The notes beneath the pieces were generated by a model. It saw nothing but the letters and a program-made list of their open reading frames with translations. It was not told the origin of the DNA and searched no databases. The position numbers and the translations under genes are program-made. A stretch of 64,000 bases of DNA from an uncultured Acidobacteriota bacterium (GTDB lineage Bacteria > Acidobacteriota > UBA6911), in NCBI GenBank assembly GCA_963809485.1, contig CAWEJX010000004.1, positions 320,001 to 384,000 on the forward strand, written 5' to 3'. Below, piece by piece: positions 11,717 through 21,820 of this stretch. Every line of letters begins with the position of its first letter. Position 1 is the stretch's first letter.

Positions 11717-12019
11717 ATGGCTCAGACAAAAATAAGCGCTTTGCCCAATATCACAACTCCGAATACGCCTGTAATTTTCAACCCCGACATCTGCAAAGGA
11801 TGCAACACGTGTGTGAATGTATGCCAGGTTGACGTCTTCATTCCCAATCCCGAGAAGGGCAGTCCACCAATAATCCTGCACCCCGATGAGTGCTGGTACT
11901 GCGGCTGCTGCGTCATTGACTGCCAGCACCCTGGCGCGATTTCCTTCAATTGGCCGCTGCAACAAAGAGGCTCGTGGAAAGACAAAATTACAGGCAAGGT
12001 CATGAGGGACAACGTTTAG
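11717..12019 (+). CDS. AprB-like 2x[4Fe-4S] ferredoxin
   Basis: CKGCNTCVNVC and ECWYCGCCVIDC motifs; 10 nt after the flavoprotein gene. Confidence 0.85.
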   Translation: MAQTKISALPNITTPNTPVIFNPDICKGCNTCVNVCQVDVFIPNPEKGSPPIILHPDECWYCGCCVIDCQHPGAISFNWPLQQRGSWKDKITGKVMRDNV

Positions 12020-12043
12020 GTTTACGGTTCCCGGCGGGGCATC

Positions 12044-13750
12044 CTAGTCGGTGAGAGCGGCACCTGAGGAAGGACTCGATTGCCCCTGAGTCTGCGCACG
12101 ACCATTTGGATTTTTCGGAGATGCCAGGAACGATTCCTTGCTGATGACCTCCTGCAGGCGACAGAAGTGCCACTCCGGAGCAGTCGGCGTCCATTTCCCG
12201 TTCTTGTAGTTAACGCAGCTCTCGGGCTTTACCAAGGGATATTCTTCGAGCGGGTCGTTCATCAGGTTATAGAACGCACAACTTGCCGTTTCCGCGGTCT
12301 CAGTGCAGAGGACTTTGTATGTTGCGTTCCGTGCGGCGACCTGCCGCTGGTTGTTCTTTATGGGATTTATGGTCTCCGTAAGCAGATAGCCCTTATTGGG
12401 ATCGCGCAAGCCTTTGGCGCCCTTGAAAAGAATCGGGGTGAGGGAAACGGAGTCGAGGGCTACGGTGCCGTCGCCGGTCCTGTTGGGAACGGTTTTGGGC
12501 ACATCAAGGCCCGCCAGCTCCAGAATGGTGGAGAACAGATCCACACAATGGATCGGCTCGTCGCTTTTGGACCCGGCCTTGATGCGCGGTCCCCGGACCG
12601 CCATCGAGACTCGCACGCCGCTTTCAAAGGCCGTGCCCTTGCTGCGCTCCCGCCGGGTGATATACATGTTGTCGATGAACTCGCGTTGGGGGCCGAACAT
12701 CCACGTGCCGTTGTCGCCGAGGTAGATGACGTAGGCGTTCGGATCTATCTTGTCGACCACTTCGAGCACCTTGCCGATGATGGTATCCATCGAATTGGTC
12801 ATCGCCCGCATGAGAGCCTCTGAGGAGCAGGAACCGACGATGGCCGAACCGAATGTGCCGCCGCAGGCCTTCATCTCTTTGACGGATACCTCGTCCATCG
12901 TGTCGATGTTCGGCACAATCATCGGATTCGGTTTCTGATTGCCCGAGATATGCGACAGGTTGAACGCCAGCCAAACGAACCATGGCTTGTTGGGATTCTT
13001 CGATTCCTGCCCATTGATCCATTGGATGGCGTCGGCGGCATTCACTACCGGCGCATAGGTGGTCGGCTTAACACCGGGCAGGGATCGTGTGGGCGGCCTT
13101 TCGGTGCGATACTTGTCCGGAGCGTCCGTGCTGTCCTGGACATGATAGTCCCATTCCCAGTACGTGTCGACACCGCCATGGAGATTGCCAAGGAATAGAT
13201 CAAAACCCGCCTCTTTGGGTTTCATGCCGGGGTACACACCCAGGCCCGCCATGTGATATTTGCCGAATACCGCGGTGCTGTAGCCGCCCATTTCCTTCAG
13301 GTCCCGGACGAAGGAGTGATGGTTTTGGGACAGCCAGTTCGTATAATCCAGCACTCCCGTCTTGGCGGAATAAAGGCCGGTGAGAATCGATGTGCGCGTG
13401 GGAGAGCAGAACGGTTGTGTCCATGCCTGGGTGAACCTCATGCCTGCCCTGGCAAGGGAGTTGAGGGTAGGAGTGGACGCGGGGCGGCCGTTGATTTCCT
13501 GATATTTGGGATGATTATGCCCCGAAGGTCCGTATTGCTTGACTAGGCTGTCGATCAGGCCGGGATACATATCGGTGGTCACGTCGATGCCGATGTCGTC
13601 GCCGATGATCAGCAGGATATTGGGCCGTGGAAACTTCCCGCTGCCGCGTGTTCCCTGTTCGTCCGCCGCGGACACGGACGCTGCCGCGACCATAAGCGCA
13701 GCCAGTACCGCGAATCCACGCATTGCTATCATAACGGCTCTATTGATCAT
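12044..13750 (-). CDS. Secreted Cys-type sulfatase (paralog 1)
   Basis: RPNILLIIGDD, CSPTR formylglycine motif, GKYH, GDNG, KGTAFESG; N-terminal signal peptide; start uncertain. Confidence 0.88.
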   Translation of the reverse strand: MINRAVMIAMRGFAVLAALMVAAASVSAADEQGTRGSGKFPRPNILLIIGDDIGIDVTTDMYPGLIDSLVKQYGPSGHNHPKYQEINGRPASTPTLNSLARAGMRFTQAWTQPFCSPTRTSILTGLYSAKTGVLDYTNWLSQNHHSFVRDLKEMGGYSTAVFGKYHMAGLGVYPGMKPKEAGFDLFLGNLHGGVDTYWEWDYHVQDSTDAPDKYRTERPPTRSLPGVKPTTYAPVVNAADAIQWINGQESKNPNKPWFVWLAFNLSHISGNQKPNPMIVPNIDTMDEVSVKEMKACGGTFGSAIVGSCSSEALMRAMTNSMDTIIGKVLEVVDKIDPNAYVIYLGDNGTWMFGPQREFIDNMYITRRERSKGTAFESGVRVSMAVRGPRIKAGSKSDEPIHCVDLFSTILELAGLDVPKTVPNRTGDGTVALDSVSLTPILFKGAKGLRDPNKGYLLTETINPIKNNQRQVAARNATYKVLCTETAETASCAFYNLMNDPLEEYPLVKPESCVNYKNGKWTPTAPEWHFCRLQEVISKESFLASPKNPNGRAQTQGQSSPSSGAALTD

Positions 13751-13840
13751 GTTCCCTATCCCCCGCTTCGCGGCAATTTTACACAATGAATGCTTCTGCG
13801 CACATTATTATACTGTCAATTCCAAACAACGGAAGCATAG

Positions 13841-16231
13841 CTATTTTGAAAGAGCCTTGATCCTGCTTTCGAGCAACTCACTTTCTTCGGTGGAAAGCCG
13901 GCCGCTCTCCAGAGCGCCCTGATACAGCGTCCTGGCCTCTTTTGTCTTTCCCTGTTTGAAATAGATCTCTCCCAGCAGGGAGATTGCATCGATATAAGGC
14001 GCTTTCTGTCGAACAATGCGCTGCAATATGGAGACCGAATTCGAGCTGTTTCCGCTCTGCAGAAGGTAAAAAGCCAGCGAGTAGCCGTACTGGGGATTTT
14101 CCGGCTGCAGTCCGTAGGCACGACGCAAATAATCGATCGCGGAATCCATTCTTCCCAGCTTTGCGTGGATTACGCCCAGGTTATAGGCCGCCACGGCGGA
14201 TTCCGGGTCCAGTTCTGCAGCTTTTTGCAGATGCGAGGCGGCCTCTTCATAGCGTCCCATCTCTCCAAGCAGTAAACCGAGGTTTAGATTCGCCTCCAGG
14301 CTTTTCGGCTGCAATTCACGGGCCTTGCGCAGACTTTGAACGGCCTTGTCGTTCAAGCCGAGCCCGTTATAGGCGAAGGAGATATTGACATAAGGCTGTA
14401 TAGCGCGCGGTTGCAGCCGAATGGCGGTTTCGTAGAACGCCGAGGCTTGACCGTAGTCGCGCTGCGAGAGGTAAAAGCTGCCCATATTGTAGTGGGAAGC
14501 CCAATGATCGGGCCGGGCTTCCAGAGTTGATTTGAATTCCCCGGCAGCTTTATCAAAGGCCGCCGCAGTTCCGGCATCCAGCAAATCCCGCGGTATTGCC
14601 GCCATGGCGGAAGCGGCGCGAACGCGCACAAGCCGGGATCTATCCTGAATCGCGACGCTCAGCGCTTTCATTGTCTCATTGTCGATCCGGTCTCCCAAAG
14701 ATTCGGCGGCACTGGCGCGAACCAGTGGCGAAGGATCCTCCAGTGCCCGGATAAGTACCGGCCATTTACGGTCGTCCTCACAAGGACGGAGCAAACGGAT
14801 CAGCGATGCGGTGAAAACCGCATCATGATCCTTACGCTCCAGGTATTCCAGCATGGCCGGAAGCTTTTTCCAGTCACGCCTGCGCGCCGCATCAATGAGA
14901 GAAGCCCGATGGAGAACCGGCGCCTGATAGTCCCTGTTTCGCCACTTACGCACCCATCCATCGGCCCATGCGGCATCCCTGTCCGTATGACAGATGTTGC
15001 AGGCATTGGGGGACTTGTAAGCGATGGTCGCCGCAGGAATCGGCGGCAACATCGAATGATCGCTGCGGCGCATTCGGGCAAATTCGGTCTTCGGCATATG
15101 GCAGGAAATGCACTGACTCCCGGCGCTCCCTTCCGGATGGTGCGAATGGGCGGAGGCATTTTCCACTCTCACGGCATGACAGGGCAGACAGGCCTTGTTT
15201 TTCATATTGGCAGCGAACAGAAAACGCCCGCTCGATGTGTGGCAATGCAGGCAGTCCATCTGTCCCGATTGCGCACAAGGGCTCAACAACCACTGCGTAT
15301 AGGTGTAATTTTCACCCAGGTCCCGCCCATCGGGATAATAATCAGGCAAATCGAAAGCACCCAAGTCAAAATGGTCAAAGAAATCATCCCCGGGGATATA
15401 GGAAACTGTCAGGGGGGAAGCTTTGGCGTGGCATGAAGCACAGGAATCGCCCGCAATTTTCCTGCTATATTTCGGCGAACGGATCACATCAATTTTAAGA
15501 TCTTCGGGAGGCTTGTCCTTCGCAGCCTGGCGGCAGACACGAATATGCTCGACCGCGGATCCATGGCAGGCTTCGCAGTTAATGCCCGGCTCGCGCCAGA
15601 CGGAACTGTAGCTGTCGGTTTTAAGATCGTAATTGCGCGCAAACTGGCTGACATGGCATCCATAGCAGGAAGTATTGAAAGTGTACTCCGGATCTTTCCA
15701 TCCTACCGGCTCTTCCTCGATGTCCTGAAAATGGCGGATCCCGCTTGCCGCCGTGTCGAACCAGGATTTTCTCTGCACATCGTAAGCCAGGGGAAGAACC
15801 TGCAGGCGGCCGCGGTCCATGGGAGTAAGGAAGTAATAGACGTTTTTCCCTCCCATTGCATGAACTATCGGATATTTGCTGTTTCCTTTCGGTCCACTCT
15901 CGCTGATCCAGCCCCGTTTGCCATCAAATTCCACACCATAATCGGCGTCTCCAATCACCAGATTTTGAGGCTGAACGGTCAGCTTTGTTTGAAACAATTC
16001 CGCCGTAAAAGGCTGCATGGCCAGGCCATGATGCGAAGGAGCCCAAAGCCGGTAAAACTTTTCATGGCATTCCCGGCATGACTGCGTACCGGAATAGCCG
16101 GAGGAACCCGCATATCCATCTTTCGTACGCCCGGAAGACGGTCCATATAGCTTGAGCCGATAAAAGGCCAGGGCTGCGGCGATAAGCGCAACAACCAGCA
16201 AAGCTGTCACAATCCATGGCCTTCTCTTCAT
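13841..16231 (-). CDS. Octaheme c-type cytochrome with HEAT and TPR repeats
   Basis: Eight CxxCH motifs (CRECH, CYGCH, CEACH, CASCH, CLHCH, CLPCH, CISCH, CNICH); N-terminal hydrophobic anchor; DPSPLVRASAA HEAT repeats; TPRs. Confidence 0.88.
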   Translation of the reverse strand: MKRRPWIVTALLVVALIAAALAFYRLKLYGPSSGRTKDGYAGSSGYSGTQSCRECHEKFYRLWAPSHHGLAMQPFTAELFQTKLTVQPQNLVIGDADYGVEFDGKRGWISESGPKGNSKYPIVHAMGGKNVYYFLTPMDRGRLQVLPLAYDVQRKSWFDTAASGIRHFQDIEEEPVGWKDPEYTFNTSCYGCHVSQFARNYDLKTDSYSSVWREPGINCEACHGSAVEHIRVCRQAAKDKPPEDLKIDVIRSPKYSRKIAGDSCASCHAKASPLTVSYIPGDDFFDHFDLGAFDLPDYYPDGRDLGENYTYTQWLLSPCAQSGQMDCLHCHTSSGRFLFAANMKNKACLPCHAVRVENASAHSHHPEGSAGSQCISCHMPKTEFARMRRSDHSMLPPIPAATIAYKSPNACNICHTDRDAAWADGWVRKWRNRDYQAPVLHRASLIDAARRRDWKKLPAMLEYLERKDHDAVFTASLIRLLRPCEDDRKWPVLIRALEDPSPLVRASAAESLGDRIDNETMKALSVAIQDRSRLVRVRAASAMAAIPRDLLDAGTAAAFDKAAGEFKSTLEARPDHWASHYNMGSFYLSQRDYGQASAFYETAIRLQPRAIQPYVNISFAYNGLGLNDKAVQSLRKARELQPKSLEANLNLGLLLGEMGRYEEAASHLQKAAELDPESAVAAYNLGVIHAKLGRMDSAIDYLRRAYGLQPENPQYGYSLAFYLLQSGNSSNSVSILQRIVRQKAPYIDAISLLGEIYFKQGKTKEARTLYQGALESGRLSTEESELLESRIKALSK

Positions 16232-16528
16232 ATCAGGCTCTTTTCTTTGCCGACAGACGGCGTATTGATCCGCGGCTCTTAGGATTCCGGCATATTCCAA
16301 ATCAACCGGCGCGACGCATGAAATGCGGAGACATCGTCGATAACGGGAAACGCAGAGACCGCAGGCCAAGCCATGCGCGCGGCCTATTGTACTTCACCAC
16401 AGGGCCTTCAATCCGAAAAAATGGCGCTGCCCGATTTGTCTTGCATAAGCCCCGGTAAACCATGGATAAAGTATGTGCCGGAAGCAAAGAATCTCGTTAC
16501 GATGATCCTTGCGAGGGGGGCCTGATCC

Positions 16529-18160
16529 ATGAAATCCATCTTGAAGACGGCTTTGATTTTGGCTGCGATCTTACTCTGGATGTATTCATCTGTAGCGAAA
16601 GAAAAAGGCGGTAAAGCCGGCACCTCCGGTCGCCCCAACATCCTGCTTGTCATCGCCGACGATATCGGCATGGATACAACCACCAACATGTATCCGGGCA
16701 TGATTGACGATCTGGTCAGGAAATACGGACCTTCCGGACGCAACCACGCCGATTACGGGAAAATTGCCGGCAAACCGGCTTCTACACCCGTCATGGATAA
16801 GTTTGCAAAGCAGGGCATGAGATTCGCGCACGTTTGGGCTCACCCGTTCTGCTCTCCCACGCGCGCGGCGGTGCTTACCGGGTTGTATGCGGCTAAGACC
16901 AGGGTCACCACGTACGCGGATGCGCTGTCCCCGAAGCACACAAGCTTCGTCCAGAAACTGAAAAACGAGGGCGGCTACCGAACGGCGGTATTCGGCAAAT
17001 GGCACATGGCCGGGCTGCCCGGTAAACCCGTGGACTACCCCGGCATGAAGCCGAAGCAGGCGGGATTCGAGCTTTTCAAGGGGAACCTCCATGCCGCCAT
17101 CAATTCGTACTGGGACTACGACTACGTTGTGCAGGACGCTGACACTCCCGCTGATAAGTGGCGCACCGAGCCCATGCCGACGAAATCCCTTCCCGGCATT
17201 GCTCCGACGAATTATGCCCCGGTGGTCAAAGTAGCCGACACGATAGAATGGATACGGGCGAAAGAAGCGGAGAACCCGAACAAGCCGTGGTTCGTCTGGC
17301 TGGCCTTCAACTTGGCACACACCACGATCAAACAGCAGCCGAGCGCCATGGCCGTGCCGAATGCTGACACGCTCGACGCGGTAAGCTACAACGAGATGAA
17401 GGAATGCGGAGGCACCTTCGGATCGAACAATCCGGGCTCATGCAGCGGCGAAGCGCTCAATCGGGCTATGACCAATTCTTTGGATACGATCTTCGGCAAG
17501 CTGCTGGACGCAGTCGACGCCATGGATCCCAACACCTATGTCATCCTCGTCAGCGACAACGGCACGCCTATGTATAACAGGCCTGGCCAGGACTTCATCG
17601 ATAACATGTACCTCACCAGAAAAGGCCGCGGGAAAGGAACGGCATATGAAAGCGGCGCCCTTGTGCCGATGGCCATCAGGGGGCCCAATATAGCTGCCAA
17701 TACCCAGAGCAACGGATACGTCCACGTAGTGGACCTTTTCTCCACCATCCTGGGGTTGGCGGGGTTCACTCCCCCGAAGGCGGTCGCCGATAGCGAAGGC
17801 ACCCGTACAGTGCCGCTTGACAGCGTGTCGCTCCTGCCGATTCTCTTCAACAAGGCAAAAGCCGTACGCGATCCGAACAAGGGCTACATACTGACGGAGA
17901 CAAAAAACCTCATGACCGGCGGCACTCGGATGGTTGGAGCCCGGAACGCGACCTACAAGGTCGTCTGCACCGAGAGCCCGGACAACTGCCAATTCTATAA
18001 TCTGGTCGACGATCCGCTGGAAGAATTTCCGCTCGCCAAACCCGACAGCTGCGCCGACTATGCGAAGGGAAAGTGGACGCCCGCGGATCCGCGATGGCAC
18101 TATTGCCGGTTAACGGATGTTGTTGCCAAGGAATCTTTCTTTTCGGTAGATAGGAAATAG
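16529..18160 (+). CDS. Secreted Cys-type sulfatase (paralog 2)
   Basis: RPNILLVIADD, CSPTR, GKWH, SDNG, KGTAYESG; aligns end to end with 12044-13750. Confidence 0.9.
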   Translation: MKSILKTALILAAILLWMYSSVAKEKGGKAGTSGRPNILLVIADDIGMDTTTNMYPGMIDDLVRKYGPSGRNHADYGKIAGKPASTPVMDKFAKQGMRFAHVWAHPFCSPTRAAVLTGLYAAKTRVTTYADALSPKHTSFVQKLKNEGGYRTAVFGKWHMAGLPGKPVDYPGMKPKQAGFELFKGNLHAAINSYWDYDYVVQDADTPADKWRTEPMPTKSLPGIAPTNYAPVVKVADTIEWIRAKEAENPNKPWFVWLAFNLAHTTIKQQPSAMAVPNADTLDAVSYNEMKECGGTFGSNNPGSCSGEALNRAMTNSLDTIFGKLLDAVDAMDPNTYVILVSDNGTPMYNRPGQDFIDNMYLTRKGRGKGTAYESGALVPMAIRGPNIAANTQSNGYVHVVDLFSTILGLAGFTPPKAVADSEGTRTVPLDSVSLLPILFNKAKAVRDPNKGYILTETKNLMTGGTRMVGARNATYKVVCTESPDNCQFYNLVDDPLEEFPLAKPDSCADYAKGKWTPADPRWHYCRLTDVVAKESFFSVDRK

Positions 18161-18398
18161 CGTACATACAGGTTCCGGAACAGACACTGAGGTCAGGTAC
18201 CTCCGGCATAGCCGGAGGCTTGAAGGATTTGAACCGCTCAAAGCGATTGGACTAGTTACGCCGGTCTTGAACGCTGACTTACGCGGGCAAAAGCCGATGA
18301 GGCGCTTCCGATCCCCGCCGAACAGATCGGCGTTTGTCAGCGTATCTCAGCGTTTCAAAATACGGAGCTGTCAACTCTATGAGACCCCCGGCAGAGCC

Positions 18399-20781
18399 CT
18401 CGCTGCGGGACACAGTTGACACTGTGGGTGTTTGATGCTATACATAACCCATGCGACTGTGTGGGCGCGAGTTCAGCGCGGAGGTAATTGCCCAGATTGG
18501 AGGGATCTTGAGTGCCAATCCCTCTTTGTCTCGTTGTGCCCTGTCTCAGCGCGTTTGCGAGCTTCTGCAGTGGAAATCGCCTAACGGCAAAATCAAGGAG
18601 GTTAGTTGCAGAAAAGCGCTGCTTGAATTGCACCGCCGCGGTTTTCTCAATCTGCCGGCGGCTGCGGAATCCTGTTTCAATCGATCTAGCTCCAAGCCGC
18701 CGCCTGATCTAATGGCTGATGTGTCTGAGCTAGAATGCACTCTGGATGAACTCGGTAAGATAAGCATTGCTCCTGTCTCCAGCCGCTACAGCAAGGCGTC
18801 GAAGATATGGAATACTCTCGTGGAGCAATTCCATTATTTGGGCAAAGGGCCTCTGTGCGGCGCACAGATTCGCTACTTGGTAGAGAGTTCAGAACATGGG
18901 TTTGTTGGAGCACTGGCTTTCAGCGCTGCACAGTGGCGGTTGAAGAAACGAGATAAATATATTGGCTGGACCGAGGCAGCTCGACGTGCCAATCTGAATC
19001 TGGTTGTTTGTAATAGCCGATTTCTGATTTTGCCCGGCGTGCACGTTCCGAACCTGGCTTCGCATGTACTGAGCCAGTGTCTGGGCCGGCTGGCGGATGA
19101 CTGGGTAGACCGCTATAATTACCGGCCGGTGTTGGTCGAGACCTTTGTGGACCCGAGCCGTTTTGTCGGGACGTGCTATCGAGCGGCTAATTGGTTGCAT
19201 GTCGGGCAGACAGCGGCGGAGGATACGGCGTATCCCAACGGGAAGGTAGCAAAAGGGCCCAAAGACATCTACTTGTATCCGCTCCGTGGCGATTGGCAAA
19301 AGGTGCTAAGTACGGAGCCGAAGGTAGTGCTGGGAAACACGCCGCAGTTCGAAGCCCCAGACGACTGGACCGAAGAAGAATTCGGGCGGGTGCAGTTTTT
19401 CGATCAACGGCTCAAATCCCGGCTGTTCACGTTGGCGGCGGATTTTTTTGCGCAACCTGGGGAACTGATTCCGCAGGCATCCAGCGGCTCGAAAGCAAAG
19501 ACAAAAGCAGCGTACCGATTTTTTCAGAATGACAACGTGGATATGCAGAAGCTACTCAGACCGCACATTGAGTCGACCATTGAACGGCTGCGTACGCATA
19601 AGGTGATACTGGCGGTACAGGACACGAGTTCGCTGAACTACACCGCGCACCCACCTGAGGGAGTCGGTCCAATCAATAACAGTCAGAATAGCGCCATGGG
19701 GCTGGAGCTTCACGACACGATGGCGTTTACTCCCGAGGGCATACCGCTGGGACTGCTCGACGTGCAATGTTGGGCGCGGGATCCGAACGACGTGGGCAAA
19801 AAGCGCCGCCGCCACCAACTGCCGATCGAAGCCAAAGAAAGCAAGAAATGGCTGGTGAGTTACCGAGCCGTAAGCGAGGTACAAAAGATCTGCTCGGATA
19901 CGATGCTTGTGAGCGTCGGCGATCGAGAGGCCGACATCTACGAGCTGTTCCATGAAGCCGCACAGGATACATCAGGTGCGAAGCTGCTAATCCGTGCCGA
20001 TCGCGCTCGAAATCGAGCGGTCATCGAGGAGGACAATAAGGAAGAACTGTGGAAGAAGATGGAGGGAGAGCCCGTAGCCGGATTGGTCGATGTCGCAGTC
20101 CCGCGTCGAGGTTCGAGCCCAGCTCGGACAGCTAAGATTCAAGTGAGGTTTTCCCGAATAATGCTCAACCCACCGTCAAAAAGCAAGCTCCCAGCCTTGA
20201 GCGTATGGGCGGTGTATGCGCGGGAAGTCGACTATGGCGTCGAAGTCAAAGAACCTATTGATTGGATGCTTTTGACTTCAGTCAAGACAGAGAGCTTTGA
20301 AGATGCTTGCGAGCGACTGAGTTGGTATGCCCGACGTTGGGGAATTGAAGTATATCATCGCACGATAAAAAGCGGATGCCGTATCGAGGATCGTCGGTTG
20401 GATGATGCCGAGAGCATTCAGGCTTGCCTAGCAATCGACCTTGTGGTGGCTTGGCGAGTCTACTGGCTTACTATGGTGGGCCGAGAAAAACCGGAGACAC
20501 CGTGCAATCAAATACTCAGTGAAGATGAATGGCATGTGCTGAGCGCCTGGGCAACAGGCAAGATTGCCGATACAGTTCCCAGTACCAAACAGGCGATGCA
20601 CTGGATTGGCAAACTGGGTGGTTGGCTGAGCAGAGGGAAAACTGACAATCCGGGCACAACATGTATGTGGAGGGGGCTGGGCCGTCTGCCAAGCATGGCG
20701 CAAGGATATCGGCTGGCTCTACAGATTCATGGAGTGAGGGCTGGCCCTTGAGCCACAGTCTCACCTGTGGGGTACAGCGAG
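18399..20781 (+). mobile_element. IS4-family insertion sequence (2383 bp) with 9-bp target duplication
   Basis: IRL CTCGCTGCGGGACACAGTTG vs reverse complement of IRR CTCGCTGTACCCCACAGGTG (14/20); direct repeat GGCAGAGCC at 18390-18398 and 20782-20790. Confidence 0.9.
18451..20751 (+). CDS. IS4-family (IS50/Tn5-like) DDE transposase with N-terminal DUF4338 (DruA-like) domain
   Basis: N-terminal HYLG...NSRFLILP...NLASHVL...ETFVD...GTCYRAANW; C-terminal QDTS, GDREAD, YARRWGIEVYHRTIKSG (YREK), LGGWL.R..D..PG. Confidence 0.9.
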   Translation: MRLCGREFSAEVIAQIGGILSANPSLSRCALSQRVCELLQWKSPNGKIKEVSCRKALLELHRRGFLNLPAAAESCFNRSSSKPPPDLMADVSELECTLDELGKISIAPVSSRYSKASKIWNTLVEQFHYLGKGPLCGAQIRYLVESSEHGFVGALAFSAAQWRLKKRDKYIGWTEAARRANLNLVVCNSRFLILPGVHVPNLASHVLSQCLGRLADDWVDRYNYRPVLVETFVDPSRFVGTCYRAANWLHVGQTAAEDTAYPNGKVAKGPKDIYLYPLRGDWQKVLSTEPKVVLGNTPQFEAPDDWTEEEFGRVQFFDQRLKSRLFTLAADFFAQPGELIPQASSGSKAKTKAAYRFFQNDNVDMQKLLRPHIESTIERLRTHKVILAVQDTSSLNYTAHPPEGVGPINNSQNSAMGLELHDTMAFTPEGIPLGLLDVQCWARDPNDVGKKRRRHQLPIEAKESKKWLVSYRAVSEVQKICSDTMLVSVGDREADIYELFHEAAQDTSGAKLLIRADRARNRAVIEEDNKEELWKKMEGEPVAGLVDVAVPRRGSSPARTAKIQVRFSRIMLNPPSKSKLPALSVWAVYAREVDYGVEVKEPIDWMLLTSVKTESFEDACERLSWYARRWGIEVYHRTIKSGCRIEDRRLDDAESIQACLAIDLVVAWRVYWLTMVGREKPETPCNQILSEDEWHVLSAWATGKIADTVPSTKQAMHWIGKLGGWLSRGKTDNPGTTCMWRGLGRLPSMAQGYRLALQIHGVRAGP

Positions 20782-20911
20782 GGCAGAGCCGGGGATTTAC
20801 TAATGTAATTATGTTGGAGCGGTAGAAGGCAGGGCTGTTCCGGAGAGTCCTAATCCGTTTGCACGCTTGTCCGTTACCAGGCCGCATCCCTGTCGGCTGC
20901 CTGTTGCTTCC

Positions 20912-21418
20912 TTACTGCATCTTTTCCCAGATGAGCGTCGCGACGATCTTCTTGCCGTCGCCCGAGATTGGGCCCGGGTCTGTCGAATAAATTAGTCTGC
21001 CGCCTTCCTTTCGGACATTCCGGACTGTAGTCATACCCGTCCACGACCCGTTCCATGAAATGTCTACATGATGCTCAACTTTTTTGCCGTCAAATTTATA
21101 GGTTCCGCCATAGGCGAGCATGGAGCGGAACAGGGCCGCCTGCTGCTCGGGCGTCGCTTTTTCGATGGCTTCAGGCCTCGGCCGGTCATCCCCCGTAACA
21201 AGCACAAGCATACGACCGTCTTTGCCATACATGATGTATCCTGATGGGTGTTTTCCATAAGGGTAGGACACCTCGCCGGTGCCCAGAACCTCCCGCGAAT
21301 CGCTAACGAGCTTGTATGTGCCGGAAATATCATCCTCCGTCGCAGACACTGCAATCATCGCAAGCACGATTGACAACGTTACTGCCAATGCAGCCCAGAG
21401 GAATCTTTTCTGAACCAT
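20912..21418 (-). CDS. Secreted lipocalin-like domain protein
   Basis: Signal peptide; GTYKLVS, PSGYIMYGKDGRM, AYGGTY, HHVDISW, LIWEK pattern. Confidence 0.75.
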   Translation of the reverse strand: MVQKRFLWAALAVTLSIVLAMIAVSATEDDISGTYKLVSDSREVLGTGEVSYPYGKHPSGYIMYGKDGRMLVLVTGDDRPRPEAIEKATPEQQAALFRSMLAYGGTYKFDGKKVEHHVDISWNGSWTGMTTVRNVRKEGGRLIYSTDPGPISGDGKKIVATLIWEKMQ

Positions 21419-21820
21419 TTTTCTACCCTCCCTTTGTTTGAATGGATAGCAGCCCGCTTTGGAGTATTTAAGGACCTTTATCGCAGGGATTCAGGCGGGA
21501 AAAGGGGCACGAACGTCAGCGCCATCCCTGCGGAGCCGGAGGCTTGACTGAATGCCGCAATTATTTCTTGTGCTCGAAATATAAATGCATATTATGGGAT
21601 CATAATATTTCCAAACGCATGAGGCGATTTATCGCCTGGTTCCAGGGCATTTGTTGAGATGGATGCTTTTGACAAAGTTCGCGGGCGAGCGCCAATTCTC
21701 CGCAAAGGTCGGGAAGAGGGCTTAAGGCCACAAATTTCTTTGAAGCTCATAAAGAAGGAATTGATGAAGGAGAAATGCGGGTTGCCGGATGCTTATCGAC
21801 GCTCTCGAAAGGAGATTCCG

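Larger units (their letters stand above)
18194..20812 (-). mobile_element. Non-autonomous IS200/IS605-like relic (two subterminal hairpins, ~230 bp without the nested IS)
   Basis: Hairpin CCTCCGGC-ATA-GCCGGAGG (18200-18218) then GAACCGCTCAAAGCG; second hairpin CCCCGG-CAGAG-CCGGGG reconstitutes when 18399-20790 is removed; resembles recalled IS200-type ends; no tnpA. Confidence 0.5.

Noticed and set aside
9775-12019. Assigning aprA/aprB symbols
   Set aside because: Only fold-level resemblance; no sat/qmo context.
18451-19320. Druantia defence system
   Set aside because: The DUF4338-like region is fused to a transposase inside IS ends; no DruE helicase or other dru genes adjacent.
21659-21820. 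Longer N-terminus of copy 1 (and the 26106 start for copy 3)
   Set aside because: RBS, signal peptide and paralog alignment place the starts at 21821 and 26196.
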